Below, piece by piece: positions 25,969 to 35,880 of a DNA stretch of 64,000 nt. Under the pieces are notes generated by a model. The model was not told the DNA's origin. It worked only from the letters and a program-made list of their open reading frames with translations, and made no database searches. The stretch covers positions 12,308-76,307 of the forward strand of contig JANLTC010000233.1 of NCBI GenBank assembly GCA_031362725.1. Reading direction: 5' to 3'. Position 1 is the stretch's first letter; every line of letters begins with the position of its first letter. This DNA is from Deltaproteobacteria bacterium (lineage in GTDB: Bacteria; Myxococcota_A; UBA9160; PR03). The position numbers were made by a program, and so were the translations under genes.

Positions 25969-26934
25969 GTGCCGCGTAGGCCGGACGGAGAGATCGTGGA
26001 ACCGCGCAAGGGTGAGGAACGCGTCGCGGTCCTGATCCCCTGTTACAACAACGCTCCGTTCTTGCGCGCGGCGATCGAGAGCGTGCTCGCCCAGACGCAC
26101 CCGGTGCACGAGATCGTCGTCGTGGACGACGGCTCCACCGACGACTCCGCGGCAATCGCGTCGTCGTACCCGCAGGTGCGCGTGATTCGGCAGGCCAATC
26201 AGGGCGTCGCCGCCGCGCGCAACCGCGCGCTGCAAGAAGCCCGTGCCGAGTTCCTGGTCTTCCACGATGCCGACGACCGGCTGCTGCCTGCCGCGATCGA
26301 GATCGGGCTGCGCGCGCTCGCGGATCGGCCGGAATGCGGCTTCGTGTACGGCTTCTCGCGCCCGATTCGCGCGGACGGCTCGCCGCTCCCGTCGCGTATG
26401 CCGGAGCCCGTCACCGGAGCATGCTACGCAACGCTGCTGGCCGGCAGCGCGCTGGTGCCGCCTTCTTCGGCGCTGTTCCGACGCTCGGCGGTGGAGTCGG
26501 CGGTCGGGTTCCGCCTGGCCACGTGCCCGACCGATGACTACGACTTCTACCTGCGGATCGCGCAGACCTTCGCCATCTACTGCCACAACGAAGTCGTCGT
26601 CGAATACCGGCGGCACACATCGAACCTATCGAACAAGAGTGCGGCGCAAATGCGATCCGTACTCGCGACACTCGAAGCGCAACGCCCGTTCGTCGCGGGC
26701 AACCGCGAACTCGAAGCGGCGCTGCGTCGCGGCCGCCACCACTGGTCGCGGATCTTCGGACCGGGCACGGCGTTCGAAGTGCTGCACTGGCTGAAGAAAG
26801 CCGATCTCCGCGAAGCCGCGCGCACACTCGCGTTGGTGCTGCGACACGACCCGCGCAGCCTCGCGGTCGTCGCGCGATTCCGGTTGGAGTTGCTGCTCGG
26901 GCGAAATCCGTCGGGGTCGGGGAGCGGCCGCTAG
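25969..26934 (+). CDS. Family 2 glycosyltransferase
   Basis: VAVLIPCYNNAPFLRAAIESVLAQT...IVVVDDGSTDDS and FHDADD (DxD). Start is uncertain (GTG 25969 or GTG 25996). Confidence 0.85.
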   Translation: MPRRPDGEIVEPRKGEERVAVLIPCYNNAPFLRAAIESVLAQTHPVHEIVVVDDGSTDDSAAIASSYPQVRVIRQANQGVAAARNRALQEARAEFLVFHDADDRLLPAAIEIGLRALADRPECGFVYGFSRPIRADGSPLPSRMPEPVTGACYATLLAGSALVPPSSALFRRSAVESAVGFRLATCPTDDYDFYLRIAQTFAIYCHNEVVVEYRRHTSNLSNKSAAQMRSVLATLEAQRPFVAGNRELEAALRRGRHHWSRIFGPGTAFEVLHWLKKADLREAARTLALVLRHDPRSLAVVARFRLELLLGRNPSGSGSGR

Positions 26935-26967
26935 ACGCCGACTCGATCCGAGCGCCGGTTCGGCGCG

Positions 26968-27759
26968 CTACCGCGGCGTGTCCGCCGTACGCCATTGCTC
27001 CCACGGCGCAGCGCCATTCTCGTAGAGACTCTCGAGTTGCTGCTTGTCCTTGAAGGTGTCCATGCACGTCCAGAAGCCGTGATGCTCGTAGGCCGCGAGC
27101 TGTTCGGCCGCGATCAACCGGTGGAACGGCTGCTCGACCAGTTCCTCACCCGGTTTGATGTAGTCGAAGATCTCGCGGCGGAACATGAAGTAGCCGCCGT
27201 TGATGCGGATCGCCGACGCGCGCAGATCTTCGATGCCCGAGACGACGGAGTCGGCTTTCATCGTTACCACATGGAATGAGCTGGTCGGCTTGACCAGCAG
27301 GAAGCTCGCCACCTTCCCGGAGCGCTCGAAGTGCTCGGCGAAATCGTCGAGCGGAAGATCGGTGAGACCGTCGCTGTAGTTGGCGAAGAAGGACTCCTCG
27401 CCCGCGAGCAGCTTCTCGACGGCTTTCAAGCGCTGACCGATGTTCGCGTGCAGTCCCGTGTCGCAGAACGTGATCCGCCAGTCGTCGATGTCGCTGTGGA
27501 GCAACGTCACGTTGCGCTTGCCGCCGCTCAACACGAAGTCGTTGGACAGGCATTCGTCGTAGTTCAGGAAGTAGTTCTTGATCGCCTCGCCCTTGTAGCC
27601 GAGGCACAGGATGAAGTCCTTGTGGCCGTAGTGGGCGTAGTACTTCATCACGTGCCACAGGATCGGGCGCGGGCCGATCGTGGCCATCGGCTTCGGAGCG
27701 CTGTCCGCCGACTCGCGCAAGCGCATGCCCAGACCGCCGCAGAACAACACGACCTTCAC
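26968..27759 (-). CDS. rfbF: Glucose-1-phosphate cytidylyltransferase
   Basis: MKVVLFCGGLGMRL...PKPMATIGPRPILWHVMKYYAHYGHKDFILCLGYKGEAIKNYFLNY matches the RfbF pattern. The GTG start overlaps the upstream stop (GTGA). Confidence 0.9.
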   Translation of the reverse strand: MKVVLFCGGLGMRLRESADSAPKPMATIGPRPILWHVMKYYAHYGHKDFILCLGYKGEAIKNYFLNYDECLSNDFVLSGGKRNVTLLHSDIDDWRITFCDTGLHANIGQRLKAVEKLLAGEESFFANYSDGLTDLPLDDFAEHFERSGKVASFLLVKPTSSFHVVTMKADSVVSGIEDLRASAIRINGGYFMFRREIFDYIKPGEELVEQPFHRLIAAEQLAAYEHHGFWTCMDTFKDKQQLESLYENGAAPWEQWRTADTPR

Positions 27760-29090
27760 GACGTCTCCCCTTCTGCCAGCAGACGAAGCAACCCGCACTC
27801 GGCCAACACCGATGCGGCTCGCTCGATCACGTCGAAGCGCATGCCGGCGCGCTCGGCGATGGCGAGCAGGCCATGCTCCCCATCGGAAAGATTCAGGACC
27901 CAGAAGAGCGCCATCTCGTGTTCCTTGCCGGCGCCGCGCTCGGCCCAGGCACGATACACGCCGTGGCGCCCGAGCTGCGGTTCGCCTTTCGGGCAGAGGT
28001 TCCGATAGCGACGATCTTTCTCCAGCACGTCGAGCACGAGCAGCAGCTTCGCGAGCGAATCGGCGAGCGCCTCCGGCTGCACGAAATCGAGGTCGTCCGC
28101 GGACGTGTGGTACTCCGGAAACTGACCGTGCGGAGTTCGCATCAGGCACCCGACGGGTAGATCGAAGCCCGGCGAACAGAACTGACGCTCGTCATACCCG
28201 TACGGGATGAAGTCGAGCAGTCGGTGTTCGCCGGCGTGCTGGAGCACATGCGCAAAGGCGCTATCGATCGGGGCATCGCCGCGCCTGCTCTTCTTGTAGG
28301 TCGTCTTGCCGCGATCGCCGACCAACGTGACGACGAGGCCGTGCCGGATGCGAGCGAGCCGGTCCTCGTTGCGCGCCAGCCAGGTGATCGCGCCGATCGT
28401 CACCGGCACGAACAGGATCCGCACCGAGTGTCGCAGCGACGCGCTTGCCAGATAGCGGCCGAGCAGCGTCAGCAGCGCGACGCCGGACAGGTTGTCGTTG
28501 CAGAGCGACGGGTGACAGACGTGACAGGAGAGCAGGATCTCGTCCTCGCTGCGGCCCGGGATGAACGCCTCGCCGTAGCTGAGGCTGCCGGCCGCGAGCG
28601 TTGCGTCGATGCAGACCTCGTAGTCGCCATCCGGTAGCGACTCGAGTTGGCGGTGCGACAGACAGAAACCCCACGCCTCGTCGTAGAACGACGTGCGAAA
28701 CGGGATCCAGTCGGGGTGCTCGCGCGACGAGTAGAGATGCGGCCTCAGCGCAGCGAGCGACATTCTCTGATGCACCGGCGTGCTGTAGCCGACCACGTGC
28801 AGGTTCGAGTTCTTGAAGTCGACCACGGTGCGGCCGCTCGCATCGCGGATCCACGCCGCGCGGACGTTCCACTCCTTCGGCACCGTCCAGTCGAGCACCT
28901 GCGTTCCCGACGGGACTTCGTGTACCGCGAGCGGGAGATCGCGCCCGATGATCTTCAAAGTCTCGCGAACTCCATTCCCGGTGATGCTGCGACAGATCGG
29001 ATGGAGTTCACGGATCAGATCGTGCATCGCACGGCCGGGATCAGACACGCCCGTGCGATCCTTCAGATCCCCGATGGACAGCGAAGTCAC
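27756..29090 (-). CDS. DUF4910/aminopeptidase-like domain protein of polysaccharide loci
   Basis: The full-length pattern (ICRSITGNGVRETL, VLDWTVPKEWN, ...CHPSLCNDNLSG, C-terminal winged-helix-like end) matches the conserved aminopeptidase-like family found in sugar clusters (recalled). GTGA overlaps at both ends. Confidence 0.75.
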   Translation of the reverse strand: MTSLSIGDLKDRTGVSDPGRAMHDLIRELHPICRSITGNGVRETLKIIGRDLPLAVHEVPSGTQVLDWTVPKEWNVRAAWIRDASGRTVVDFKNSNLHVVGYSTPVHQRMSLAALRPHLYSSREHPDWIPFRTSFYDEAWGFCLSHRQLESLPDGDYEVCIDATLAAGSLSYGEAFIPGRSEDEILLSCHVCHPSLCNDNLSGVALLTLLGRYLASASLRHSVRILFVPVTIGAITWLARNEDRLARIRHGLVVTLVGDRGKTTYKKSRRGDAPIDSAFAHVLQHAGEHRLLDFIPYGYDERQFCSPGFDLPVGCLMRTPHGQFPEYHTSADDLDFVQPEALADSLAKLLLVLDVLEKDRRYRNLCPKGEPQLGRHGVYRAWAERGAGKEHEMALFWVLNLSDGEHGLLAIAERAGMRFDVIERAASVLAECGLLRLLAEGETS

Positions 29091-30421
29091 AGGCCGATCC
29101 CGTCGTAGCGGGCGATCGTCGCCTTATCGAGCATCCGTCGGCCATCGATGATCAGCGGCGGCACGGCGATTTCCGCGAGCAGCGCCGGGATCGCCTCGAA
29201 GTGTTTCCAGCGCGTCACCAGCACTGCGGCGTCGCAGCTCGCGAGCGCCTCTTCGAGGTTCGCGCAAAGCGGCAGCCGCTCGCCAAAGACACGGCGGGCC
29301 GAATCGCTGGCGACCGGGTCGTAGCCGCGCACGCTGGCGCCGCGCGCCCACAGCGACTCGATGATCGGGATCGCCGGCGATTCGCGCATGTCGTCGGTAT
29401 CCGGCCGGAAGGAGAGGCCCAGCACCGAGATCCGCTTGCCGTGCAGCGCGTGCAGGTGCTTCTCGAGCAGCTGGATCACCTGCGCGGGCTGCGCTCGATT
29501 GACCCGCAATACGGTGTCGAGCAGAGCCATCTCGAGGCCGTGCTGCCGTCCATGCGCGACCAGTGCGGCGACATCCTTCGGCAGGCAACTGCCACCGAAC
29601 CCGCAGCCCGCCAGCAGGAACGAAGTGATCGGGGCAACGGCGCGCTCGCCACCCCGCTCCTTCGTCGAGAGATAGCGACTCATCGCGAGCCCGCGGCTGA
29701 CGTCGACGGTATCGATCCCACCGATCGCCGCGCCCAGGTTGGCGAGTTCGTTCGAAAACGAGATCAGCGTCGCGAGCAGCGCATTCGACGCGTACTTGAT
29801 CATCTCCGCGGTGGCGTTGTTCGTGGCCAGATGCGGGACGCCGGGGAACTCCGCATAGAGTCGCGCCTCGGCTTCCAGCGTACGAGCGTCGATGCCGCCC
29901 AGCACGATCCGATCGGGCGTCATGAAGTCGCCGACGGCTTCGCCCTCGGTCAGGAACTCGGGATTCATGCCGAGTCCGAATCCGAGACCCGCCTGCATTC
30001 CGGACGCCTGTTCGAGCGCCGACCGAACGGCGCCATCGGTGGTGCCCGGCACGACGGTGCTCTTCACGACCACGACGTGATACGCGGACTTCTCGCGCAG
30101 CGCCGCGCCGATCTGCCGCGAGGCCTCGAGCAGGAAGCGCAAGTCGATCGCTTCGCCGTCGCCCGGCGTCCCCACGGCGATCAGCGTCAGTTCGGAATCA
30201 CGAACCGCTGCGGCGAGATCGGTCGTGGCGCGCAGCCGCGTACCGATGTGTCGGGCGAGCAGCGCGCCCAACCCCGGCTCGAAGAACGGCGCCTCGCCGC
30301 GTTCGATGCGTTCGACCTTCGCGCGATCCAGATCGACGCAGGTGACTGCGTGGCCCTTTTCCGCCAGGCAAGCGCCCGTGACGAGGCCGACGTAGCCCGT
30401 GCCGACGATCGAGACGCGCAT
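29087..30421 (-). CDS. UDP-glucose/GDP-mannose dehydrogenase family nucleotide-sugar dehydrogenase
   Basis: MRVSIVGTGYVGLVTGACLA Rossmann start and catalytic GFGGSCLPKD. The ATG at 30421 shares 1 nt with the upstream TGA. Confidence 0.9.
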   Translation of the reverse strand: MRVSIVGTGYVGLVTGACLAEKGHAVTCVDLDRAKVERIERGEAPFFEPGLGALLARHIGTRLRATTDLAAAVRDSELTLIAVGTPGDGEAIDLRFLLEASRQIGAALREKSAYHVVVVKSTVVPGTTDGAVRSALEQASGMQAGLGFGLGMNPEFLTEGEAVGDFMTPDRIVLGGIDARTLEAEARLYAEFPGVPHLATNNATAEMIKYASNALLATLISFSNELANLGAAIGGIDTVDVSRGLAMSRYLSTKERGGERAVAPITSFLLAGCGFGGSCLPKDVAALVAHGRQHGLEMALLDTVLRVNRAQPAQVIQLLEKHLHALHGKRISVLGLSFRPDTDDMRESPAIPIIESLWARGASVRGYDPVASDSARRVFGERLPLCANLEEALASCDAAVLVTRWKHFEAIPALLAEIAVPPLIIDGRRMLDKATIARYDGIGL

Positions 30422-31530
30422 CAGCCATCCTCCGCCTGCCGGTTGCCGCCATACCAGAGCAGCGAGCGCCGGAGCGCGTCGTCGAGCGCAATGGTCGGGT
30501 CGTAGCCGAGTTGCTGGCGCGCCTTGGTGATCACCGGACAGCGTCGCGCCGGGTTGTCGACCAGATAGTCCGGTTCCGCCGACGCGCGGTGCACTACGCG
30601 GCCCTGATACGCGAAGAGTTCGCGGCCGAGCGTTGCGACCCGCTCGGCCAGTTCTGCGACGGAAATCTCCGGCGACTCGACGCCGATGTTGTACGGCTCG
30701 CCGTCGCCGCCGCGGATCAGCACCTTGTAGTAACCGACTACAGCGTCGGCCACATAGCAGAACGTGCGCCGCGGCCCGCCGTCGGAGAACATCACGAGGT
30801 CGCGTCCTTCGAGGACGTCGCGCGCGAAGTCGGGCAGAACGCGCCGATCGGTGATCTTCAGGCCCGGCCCGATGTTGTTGAAGGGTCGCGCCATGCGCGT
30901 CGGCACGCCGTGTTGCTGGGCAAAGTTCACACACAGCGTCTCGCCGTATCGCTTCGACTCGTCGTAGCAGGCGCGCGGCCCCGTGCACGACACGTTGCCG
31001 GGGTAGGTCTCGGGCGTCGGAATGTTCTGCGGCGTCGGGTCGCCGTAGATCTCGCTCGACGAGAAGAACAGGAAACCGGCAAGCGGACGACCGCGGCCGC
31101 CCTGCCGGCGCGCGTACTCGAGCAGATGACGCAGGCCGCCCACGTTGGCGTCCATCGTCTCGATCGGATGCTGGCGATAAAAACTGGGCGATGCGATCGA
31201 ACCGGCGTGCACGACGAAGTCGAAGTCGGGCACGCCCGTCGGCAGCGGATTCGTGATGTCGTGCCGAACCAGGGCCAGATTGGGATCGCCCGCCAGCTCC
31301 GTCAGCCAGCGCGGGACTCCGCGCGCATAGTTGTCGTAGACGGTGATCCGGATCGGCGGACCCGCGCTGCTGCGGTTTCGGTGCAACACCGACTGCACCA
31401 GGTAGTAGCCGAGGAACCCTGCGCCGCCGACGACCAGCAGCTGCGTGCCGGCGAGTCGCGCGAACTCATCACGCAGATTCGTGCAGATGTGATCGAGGTC
31501 GGCGTTGACGACGTCGCTTGCGCTGTTCAT
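30421..31530 (-). CDS. NAD-dependent nucleotide-sugar epimerase/dehydratase
   Basis: VVGGAGFLGYY Rossmann motif and YDESKR (Y-x-x-x-K). Start at ATG 31530. Confidence 0.85.
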   Translation of the reverse strand: MNSASDVVNADLDHICTNLRDEFARLAGTQLLVVGGAGFLGYYLVQSVLHRNRSSAGPPIRITVYDNYARGVPRWLTELAGDPNLALVRHDITNPLPTGVPDFDFVVHAGSIASPSFYRQHPIETMDANVGGLRHLLEYARRQGGRGRPLAGFLFFSSSEIYGDPTPQNIPTPETYPGNVSCTGPRACYDESKRYGETLCVNFAQQHGVPTRMARPFNNIGPGLKITDRRVLPDFARDVLEGRDLVMFSDGGPRRTFCYVADAVVGYYKVLIRGGDGEPYNIGVESPEISVAELAERVATLGRELFAYQGRVVHRASAEPDYLVDNPARRCPVITKARQQLGYDPTIALDDALRRSLLWYGGNRQAEDG

Positions 31531-31538
31531 GGGCCGAC

Positions 31539-32792
31539 CTAGGCAATCACCTGGACTCGCGGAATCGGCACGATCCACTGACCGCCCCATTCGCGAATGT
31601 AGCGGGTGTGTTCGATCACCTCATCGGTGAGGTTCCACGGCAGCACGAGCAGGTAGTCGGGCTGCGTCTCGCGGATCCGATCCGGTGCATGGATCGGGAT
31701 GCGCACGCCCGCGAGATGATTGCCCTGCTTGTACGGGTTCCGGTCGACACAATAGTCGATGAAATCGCTGCGAATCCCGCAGTAGTTGAGCAGCGTGACG
31801 CTCTTGCCGGGCGCGCCGTAGCCGACGATCGTCTTGCCGTGTCGCTTCGCGTCGATGAGGAACGCGAGCAACTGGCGCTTGGTCTCCGCGACCTGCTCGG
31901 CAAACGCGAAGTAGTAGTCGAGCGTGCCGAGGCCGGCGCGCGCCTCGCGATCGCGGAGTGCGGCGACCGCCGCGCTCACCGCGCGGGTGGCGTCGCTCGC
32001 GTGGCGGGCGAAGATGCGCAGCGAACCGCCGTGGATCGCGATCTCCTCGACGTCGAAGAGTACGAGGCCGTGGGCCGCGAACACCTTCTCCACCGTCGTG
32101 AACGACAGATAGGAGAAGTGCTCGTGGTAGATCGTGTCGAATTGGTTGCCCTCGACGAGACGCGCGAGATGCGGAAACTCCATCGTGAGGGTGCCCGTGT
32201 CGGCGAGCAGGATCGCGAGCCCCCGAACGAAGTCGTTGAGATCGGGGACGTGCGCGAGCACGTTGTTGCCGATCAGTAGATCGGCACGCCCGGGATCGGT
32301 GGCGAGCGCGCGCGCGGTCTTCGCGCTGAAGAACGCAACGCGCGTCGGGATTCCGTTGCGCTCCGCTACCGCGGCGACGTTCGCGGCCGGCTCGATGCCG
32401 AGCGACGGAATCTTCCGCGCGACGAAGTGCTGCAGCAGGTAGCCGTCGTTGCTGGCGATCTCGATCACGCGACTGTGCGCGCCGAGACCGAGGCGCGCGA
32501 TCATCGCCTCGCAATGGTCGCGCGCCGAGCGAACCAGCGTGTCGACGTAGGATGAGAAATAGGCGTACTCGGTGAAGAGTCGCGCCGGACTCACGAACTC
32601 CCGCATCTGCACGAGAAAGCACTGGTCACAGACGAAGACGTGGAGCGGGAAGAACTCCTCCATCTGGTCGAGCTGTTCGGTCGTCACGATCGTCTGACAC
32701 GGCGGCGACATGCCGAGGTCGACGAAACTGTGCACGAGCGGCGCGGCGCAGAACCGGCAGGGCCGCGCCGGCGCCGTCATCCGGGCCGTCAT
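31539..32792 (-). CDS. NDP-hexose C-methyltransferase-like SAM methyltransferase (TylCIII-type architecture)
   Basis: N-terminal Zn-ribbon-like CRFC...CDQC, a SAM-MTase core (VIEIASNDGYLL), and a C-terminal domain. ATGA overlap with the PIG-L gene stop. Confidence 0.8.
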   Translation of the reverse strand: MTARMTAPARPCRFCAAPLVHSFVDLGMSPPCQTIVTTEQLDQMEEFFPLHVFVCDQCFLVQMREFVSPARLFTEYAYFSSYVDTLVRSARDHCEAMIARLGLGAHSRVIEIASNDGYLLQHFVARKIPSLGIEPAANVAAVAERNGIPTRVAFFSAKTARALATDPGRADLLIGNNVLAHVPDLNDFVRGLAILLADTGTLTMEFPHLARLVEGNQFDTIYHEHFSYLSFTTVEKVFAAHGLVLFDVEEIAIHGGSLRIFARHASDATRAVSAAVAALRDREARAGLGTLDYYFAFAEQVAETKRQLLAFLIDAKRHGKTIVGYGAPGKSVTLLNYCGIRSDFIDYCVDRNPYKQGNHLAGVRIPIHAPDRIRETQPDYLLVLPWNLTDEVIEHTRYIREWGGQWIVPIPRVQVIA

Positions 32793-33448
32793 CCGATCAC
32801 GAGCTTCCGCGCATGGAACGCTTCCGCATAGCCGGTCGCAGAGCGGCACTCCATGCCGCGGATCCGCATCAGCCCCATGAACACGGCGGGGTCGAACCAG
32901 TGGCGGGCTCGTTGGCTGACGAAGTGTTCGCTCACCAACCGGCACTTCGCTTCACAGTTCGCCGGATCGATCGGGACGAACACGTTCGGATGACCGAGAT
33001 CCCCTTCGTACTTCGGAATCTCGTACTCGAGGATCGTGTGGTCGCGGAACGTGTTCCAGGTCAATTCGGCGAGCAGGCGGTGGTCCTGATGGAGATCGTC
33101 CCGATGGTGGGTGAAGATCAGATCGGGCTCGACGGATTTCAGCGCTTCGAACTCGCGCTTGATCGCGCCGCTCTGCTGCGGAAAAAACGAATCCGGAAAC
33201 TCGAAGGTTCGCACGTCCCGCGTGCCGGCGCGGGCGAGGAATGCATCGACGCTCGCGAGCGCCTCGCTGCGACGTTCGCCGCGCGCGCTGAACACCACCC
33301 AGGTCACGTGTGTGCCGGGATGCGCCGCAAGCAGCTCGAGAATCGATCCGCCGCAACCGAGTTCGATGTCGTCGCTGTGCGCGCCGAGGAAGAGCAGCTT
33401 CCGCGCACCGGACTCGGCGGACTCGATCTTCAGCCGGAGCACGATCAA
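32789..33448 (-). CDS. PIG-L/LmbE family deacetylase
   Basis: LLFLGAHSDDIELGCGG motif, with HHRDDLHQDH further on. TTG start in a TTGA overlap (GTG 33442 is an alternative). Confidence 0.85.
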   Translation of the reverse strand: MIVLRLKIESAESGARKLLFLGAHSDDIELGCGGSILELLAAHPGTHVTWVVFSARGERRSEALASVDAFLARAGTRDVRTFEFPDSFFPQQSGAIKREFEALKSVEPDLIFTHHRDDLHQDHRLLAELTWNTFRDHTILEYEIPKYEGDLGHPNVFVPIDPANCEAKCRLVSEHFVSQRARHWFDPAVFMGLMRIRGMECRSATGYAEAFHARKLVIG

Positions 33449-34617
33449 CGCCCGTCGCTGAGGTTCGCTTCAGCGCGAGCGGCGCGTGCAGCATCCTCGA
33501 TGCTCTGTGCGCGCCCGGCGAGTCGCTGCTTGCGAGCCTGGAGCGCCGGCAACGGCTCGAGGCCTGCCGCGCGCAGAACCTGTTCCCAGCGGTACACGCC
33601 ATCGTGGAGCCGCAGCGACTGCGCCGCGTTCTCGCGGCGAATCCGCTCGACGCGCGTGGGGTCGCCGTCGAGTTCCGCGAGCAGCGCCGCGACGCCGGCA
33701 CTACTCGCCTCCATCGGAATCACGGAGTCCTGCCAGCCGAAGAGTTTCCCGAACGCCGCGCTGCGCGGCACCACGCCGACCAGAACCGAACCGGCGGCGG
33801 CGCCCTCGAAGTAGCGGGTGCCGATCTCCTGCTGCTGTCCGGTGTCCCCCGGGCGATCCGCCTTGGCGATATCGACGACGAAGTACTTCGACCGCTTCGC
33901 GATCTCCGCCAACTGCAGCCGGTGCTCCGTCGCGTCATAGACCGTCGTCCACAGAGCGGTGTCGAAGAGGTAGATCCGCCCGCTCGAGCGGGTCGCTTCG
34001 CGGAGCGCCTGATGCAGCTCGCGGCGGCGGCGCCCCATCAGGTAGACATCGACGACGCGGGGATCGTTCGCCGGATAGGGGCAGAAGCGCAGCGCGTCGA
34101 CGGAAGGCGGGAGGTACTGGCAGGGACGCCCGGTGGCCTCCTGCAGTGCCTCGACACCGCCCAGGCACGCCGTGAAGAGCAGGTCGAAGCGCCGGAGCAG
34201 CGCGAGCTCGCCGGTCCGGCGCAAGATGTCGTGCGCCCAGATCTCGTCGATGTGGCAGGCAGTCATCCGGGCGCTGGCGAGAAAGCGGCCCAGCGGCTGC
34301 ATCTGGCGCAGGTCGGCGGCGGAATGCACCGCCACGAAGAGCAGCTCGTAGCGCCGGTCGTTCGGAAGCCGCGATCGCGAGAACGGTGCGAACAACGGCG
34401 GCGCCATCGTCTCGAGTCGCGTCATCCGGCGCGACCACGGCCTCGGGTTCACGTCGACCGCCTCGACGGCATCCACCTCGGCGATCACGTCCTCGAACTC
34501 GTAGGTCGCGCAGCGCGAGACCACCGGCAGGGCGTGCCGAAACGTAGCCACGAGCGTGCGCGCGGAGGGCGAGTCCTGGCTGGCAGCTAGCGACACGTAC
34601 GTGGACCCCTGTTCCAT
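33445..34617 (-). CDS. Glycosyltransferase-like protein (CgeB/Glyco_trans_1_2-like C-terminal domain)
   Basis: The C-terminal part, TRYFEGAAAGSVLVG...IRRENAAQSLRLHDGVYRWEQVL, resembles the CgeB-type GT1-like domain. Start at ATG 34617 (GAGGA 10 nt upstream). It is the first gene of the minus-strand sugar operon. Confidence 0.65.
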   Translation of the reverse strand: MEQGSTYVSLAASQDSPSARTLVATFRHALPVVSRCATYEFEDVIAEVDAVEAVDVNPRPWSRRMTRLETMAPPLFAPFSRSRLPNDRRYELLFVAVHSAADLRQMQPLGRFLASARMTACHIDEIWAHDILRRTGELALLRRFDLLFTACLGGVEALQEATGRPCQYLPPSVDALRFCPYPANDPRVVDVYLMGRRRRELHQALREATRSSGRIYLFDTALWTTVYDATEHRLQLAEIAKRSKYFVVDIAKADRPGDTGQQQEIGTRYFEGAAAGSVLVGVVPRSAAFGKLFGWQDSVIPMEASSAGVAALLAELDGDPTRVERIRRENAAQSLRLHDGVYRWEQVLRAAGLEPLPALQARKQRLAGRAQSIEDAARAARAEANLSDGR

Positions 34618-34938
34618 CGATGAGCCGTCCTCAGTGCGACGATCTCGCGATCCCGCGGAACGGCTAGCGGAAACGACCTCGAATGACCACCAGTGTCCGG
34701 GCCGAAAAGCCGCTCCCTGGCTGGTGTTGTGCTGGCTTGCGCGTACGCGTGATTCGGTCACGTCGGCGCCCCACTGAAGATCTCCCGCCGCTTCCTGTTG
34801 GGGCGTCAACGACAGGGGGAGATCCTTCATAGCGCGACAGATCTGATTGTGAAACGCAGGCCGGCGTCGACGCTGCTCGGTCCCGGGCGCTCGATCTGGC
34901 GACGGGTTGGCGAGATGCGGCCGCGGCGCGCAGTGTCG

Positions 34939-35877
34939 CTAGGACAGCCCGCCGCGGATCGCCGGCGCAGCGGGAGCGCCGGTCTCTGCGCGCTGGCGGC
35001 GATTCACGAACCAGTAGATCAGCGCGAAGCTCACCAGCAGCGTCGTTCCGAGCGCGGCACCGAACGGCCAGTTGCGGGCATTCCCCTTGAACTGGTTCTC
35101 GATGATGTTGCCGATCATGTCGACGTGGCCGCCGCCGAGGATGTCGTTCACCGCGTAGATGCCGAGCGACGGCACGAAGACCAGCAGCACGCCCGCCGCG
35201 ATGCCCGGCGCGGTGAGCGGCACGCTCACCCGGGAGAACGCGCGCAGCGGACCGGCGCCGAGGTCGAGCGCCGCCTCGACGAGCGCGCCGTCGAGTTTTT
35301 CGACGCTCGAATAGATCGGCAGGATCATGAACGGCAGGAACGTGTAGACGAGGCCGAGGACCACCGCGCCCGGCGTATAGAGCATCTCGAGCGGCTCGCT
35401 GATCAGCTGCATCTGGAGCGCCAGTGAGTTCAAGAGGCCCTGGCTCTTCAGGATCGTCACCCAGGCGTAGGTGCGGATCAGGAAGCTGGTCCAGAACGGG
35501 ATCATCACGGTCATCAGCAATGCATTGCGGAGCTTCTCGTCGGAGCGCCCGATCAGATACGCGACCGGGTATCCCATCGCGAGACAGAGCGCCGTGGTGA
35601 TCGTCGCATAGCCGATCGAGCGGACCACGATCTGCATGTACACGGGGTCGAGTACGCCCGCGTAGTTCTCGAGCGTGAAGCCGAGGATCACACCGCCGAG
35701 CGTCCCGCGGTGCGCGAAGCTGTACACCAGCATGATCACCGCGGGCGCCACCACGAAGGCGACGGCCCAGGCGATCAGCGGCGACAGCAGCAGCCAGCCG
35801 ATCCGGCCTGGCTGCCGCTGCGAGCCGCCGATCGCCGACGCCGGCGTCACTTCCTGTCGCACCGCTGCTCCGCTCAT
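34939..35877 (-). CDS. Polyamine-type ABC transporter permease (PotB/PotC family)
   Basis: Six-transmembrane permease with the EAA-like loop VEAALDLGAGPLRAFSRVSVPL. Confidence 0.85.
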   Translation of the reverse strand: MSGAAVRQEVTPASAIGGSQRQPGRIGWLLLSPLIAWAVAFVVAPAVIMLVYSFAHRGTLGGVILGFTLENYAGVLDPVYMQIVVRSIGYATITTALCLAMGYPVAYLIGRSDEKLRNALLMTVMIPFWTSFLIRTYAWVTILKSQGLLNSLALQMQLISEPLEMLYTPGAVVLGLVYTFLPFMILPIYSSVEKLDGALVEAALDLGAGPLRAFSRVSVPLTAPGIAAGVLLVFVPSLGIYAVNDILGGGHVDMIGNIIENQFKGNARNWPFGAALGTTLLVSFALIYWFVNRRQRAETGAPAAPAIRGGLS

Positions 35878-35880
35878 CGA

